Origin: Lama glama
Taxonomy: Eukaryota
Assembly: GCA_028534125.1 (NCBI GenBank)
Contig: CM052818.1
Location: 27,282,001-27,346,000, forward strand
Length of the DNA stretch: 64,000 bases
Direction: 5' to 3'
Positions 63,001-64,000 of this stretch are shown piece after piece. Both the position numbers and the translations under genes were made by a program. Below the pieces are notes generated by a model, which saw only the letters and a program-made list of their open reading frames with translations, was not told the DNA's origin and searched no databases. Within the stretch, counting starts at the first letter, position 1. Every line of letters begins with the position of its first letter.

Positions 63001-64000
63001 TGTTCTGGTCGTAGGCTGTATATCTGATGTATCTTTCTGATACGATGGGGCTGGGCATCCTTCCTTTTATCTTATTTCCCTTCCTGGTGTTAGTGTTTGG
63101 AGTTGTTATGACATGACAGGGTTTGAGCGGGAAACTGTCTTCTAAGGTTAATGTCTTATGAGACAGAAATAAAACTGAGGCTCAAACAAGGAAAAAGGAA
63201 CTTAACTCAGCAGACTTAATTTTAATAGACATGGCAAAGATGGTCCAATCATAAAGTCAGGAACAGAGAATCTAAAACTCTTCCACAAATATAATGCTCT
63301 GTATATATGTGTGTACATGTAGTGTGAAATAAAGAAAAAGACAATAAAAATATGGAGAAGCTGGATAAAGAGGAGTGGCAGGGCAGAGAGACAAAGACAG
63401 ACTTTACCTTAAGGAAAGTGAGGTAGCAACGGCTGGGGACAAACAGGTACAAACTTGGGAGCCAGCCAGCAGCCATGGACAGGCTGATGGGCGTTCGTGC
63501 CGGTGCGTGTGCAGGGGTATGAGGATGCTACACCCCCCACCGCACACCCAGCATGGCAGGCTGACAGGAGAGAGATCCACATTCTGTTAGAAAGCAGTTT
63601 AATAGAGCAAATCCTTATCTTATGGATTCAGCCTTTGGCCAGTCTCCACTCCGGCTATATAAGAGGCTATCTATTTATAGATGTTAAAAAAGAAATGGAA
63701 CTAGCAATATTCAACTAGCCAGTAACCAACATGCAGTCTACTTTGTTGGATTACCACTCAACTTTCACAATTTAACCTGTTCTGATTATCCAAATGATTA
63801 GTCTAATAATTTCTTTAGACTAGTAACTTGTCTATTTCATTTTGCCTTTCCTATGCTTTTTTTAAAAAAGAAAATGATTTTTAAAAAGTAATCGTAATTC
63901 TTTTCTTACTTCTTTTGGACTTTATCCACTTCCTATCAGATTCAAACCACATATCTCTCCCATTATCTTCTGAGTCCTGGGACTTTCTAAAATTTTCCTC

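Noticed and set aside
1..64000. A novel multi-gene system, operon, CRISPR array or defence locus
   Set aside because: The sequence is spliced mammalian DNA explained by CRIM1 exons, introns and interspersed repeats. I saw no repeat-spacer array, operon-like gene packing or unexplained protein family.
49978..64000. Further upstream CRIM1 exons
   Set aside because: I found no Cys-rich CRIM1-like peptide with splice sites here, so the region is treated as part of one long intron. A small alternative exon cannot be excluded by eye.

Overview
This is mammalian genomic DNA, not microbial. The window lies entirely inside the CRIM1 gene (cysteine-rich transmembrane BMP regulator 1) on the minus strand. 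I traced eight consecutive coding exons (122, 183, 198, 129, 157, 122, 210 and 216 nt; 1337 nt in total). All are bounded by canonical AG/GT sites and join in one open frame. By my recall of the human gene they are exons 5-12, encoding the RGD segment, vWFC1-2, four antistasin-like repeats and vWFC3-4. Two exons (17466-17594 and 6605-6726) are not shown in their correct frame in the ORF track. The remaining ~98% is intron, with lineage-specific L1 fragments, tRNA-derived SINEs resembling camelid vic-1 (so the species is probably a camelid), older L1M, L2, MIR, an L3/CR1 relic, a probable MER5 and microsatellites. I found no evidence of a previously undescribed biological system. The most notable observations are a three-level nested retro-insertion (SINE, then L1, then a poly(A) micro-insertion), very short L1-tail insertions with target-site duplications (one with a possible micro-transduction), a readable CR1/L3 fossil, and a few speculative intronic regulatory clusters. 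Repeat family names come from recalled consensus sequences, not a search. Repeat boundaries are approximate unless a TSD is given.
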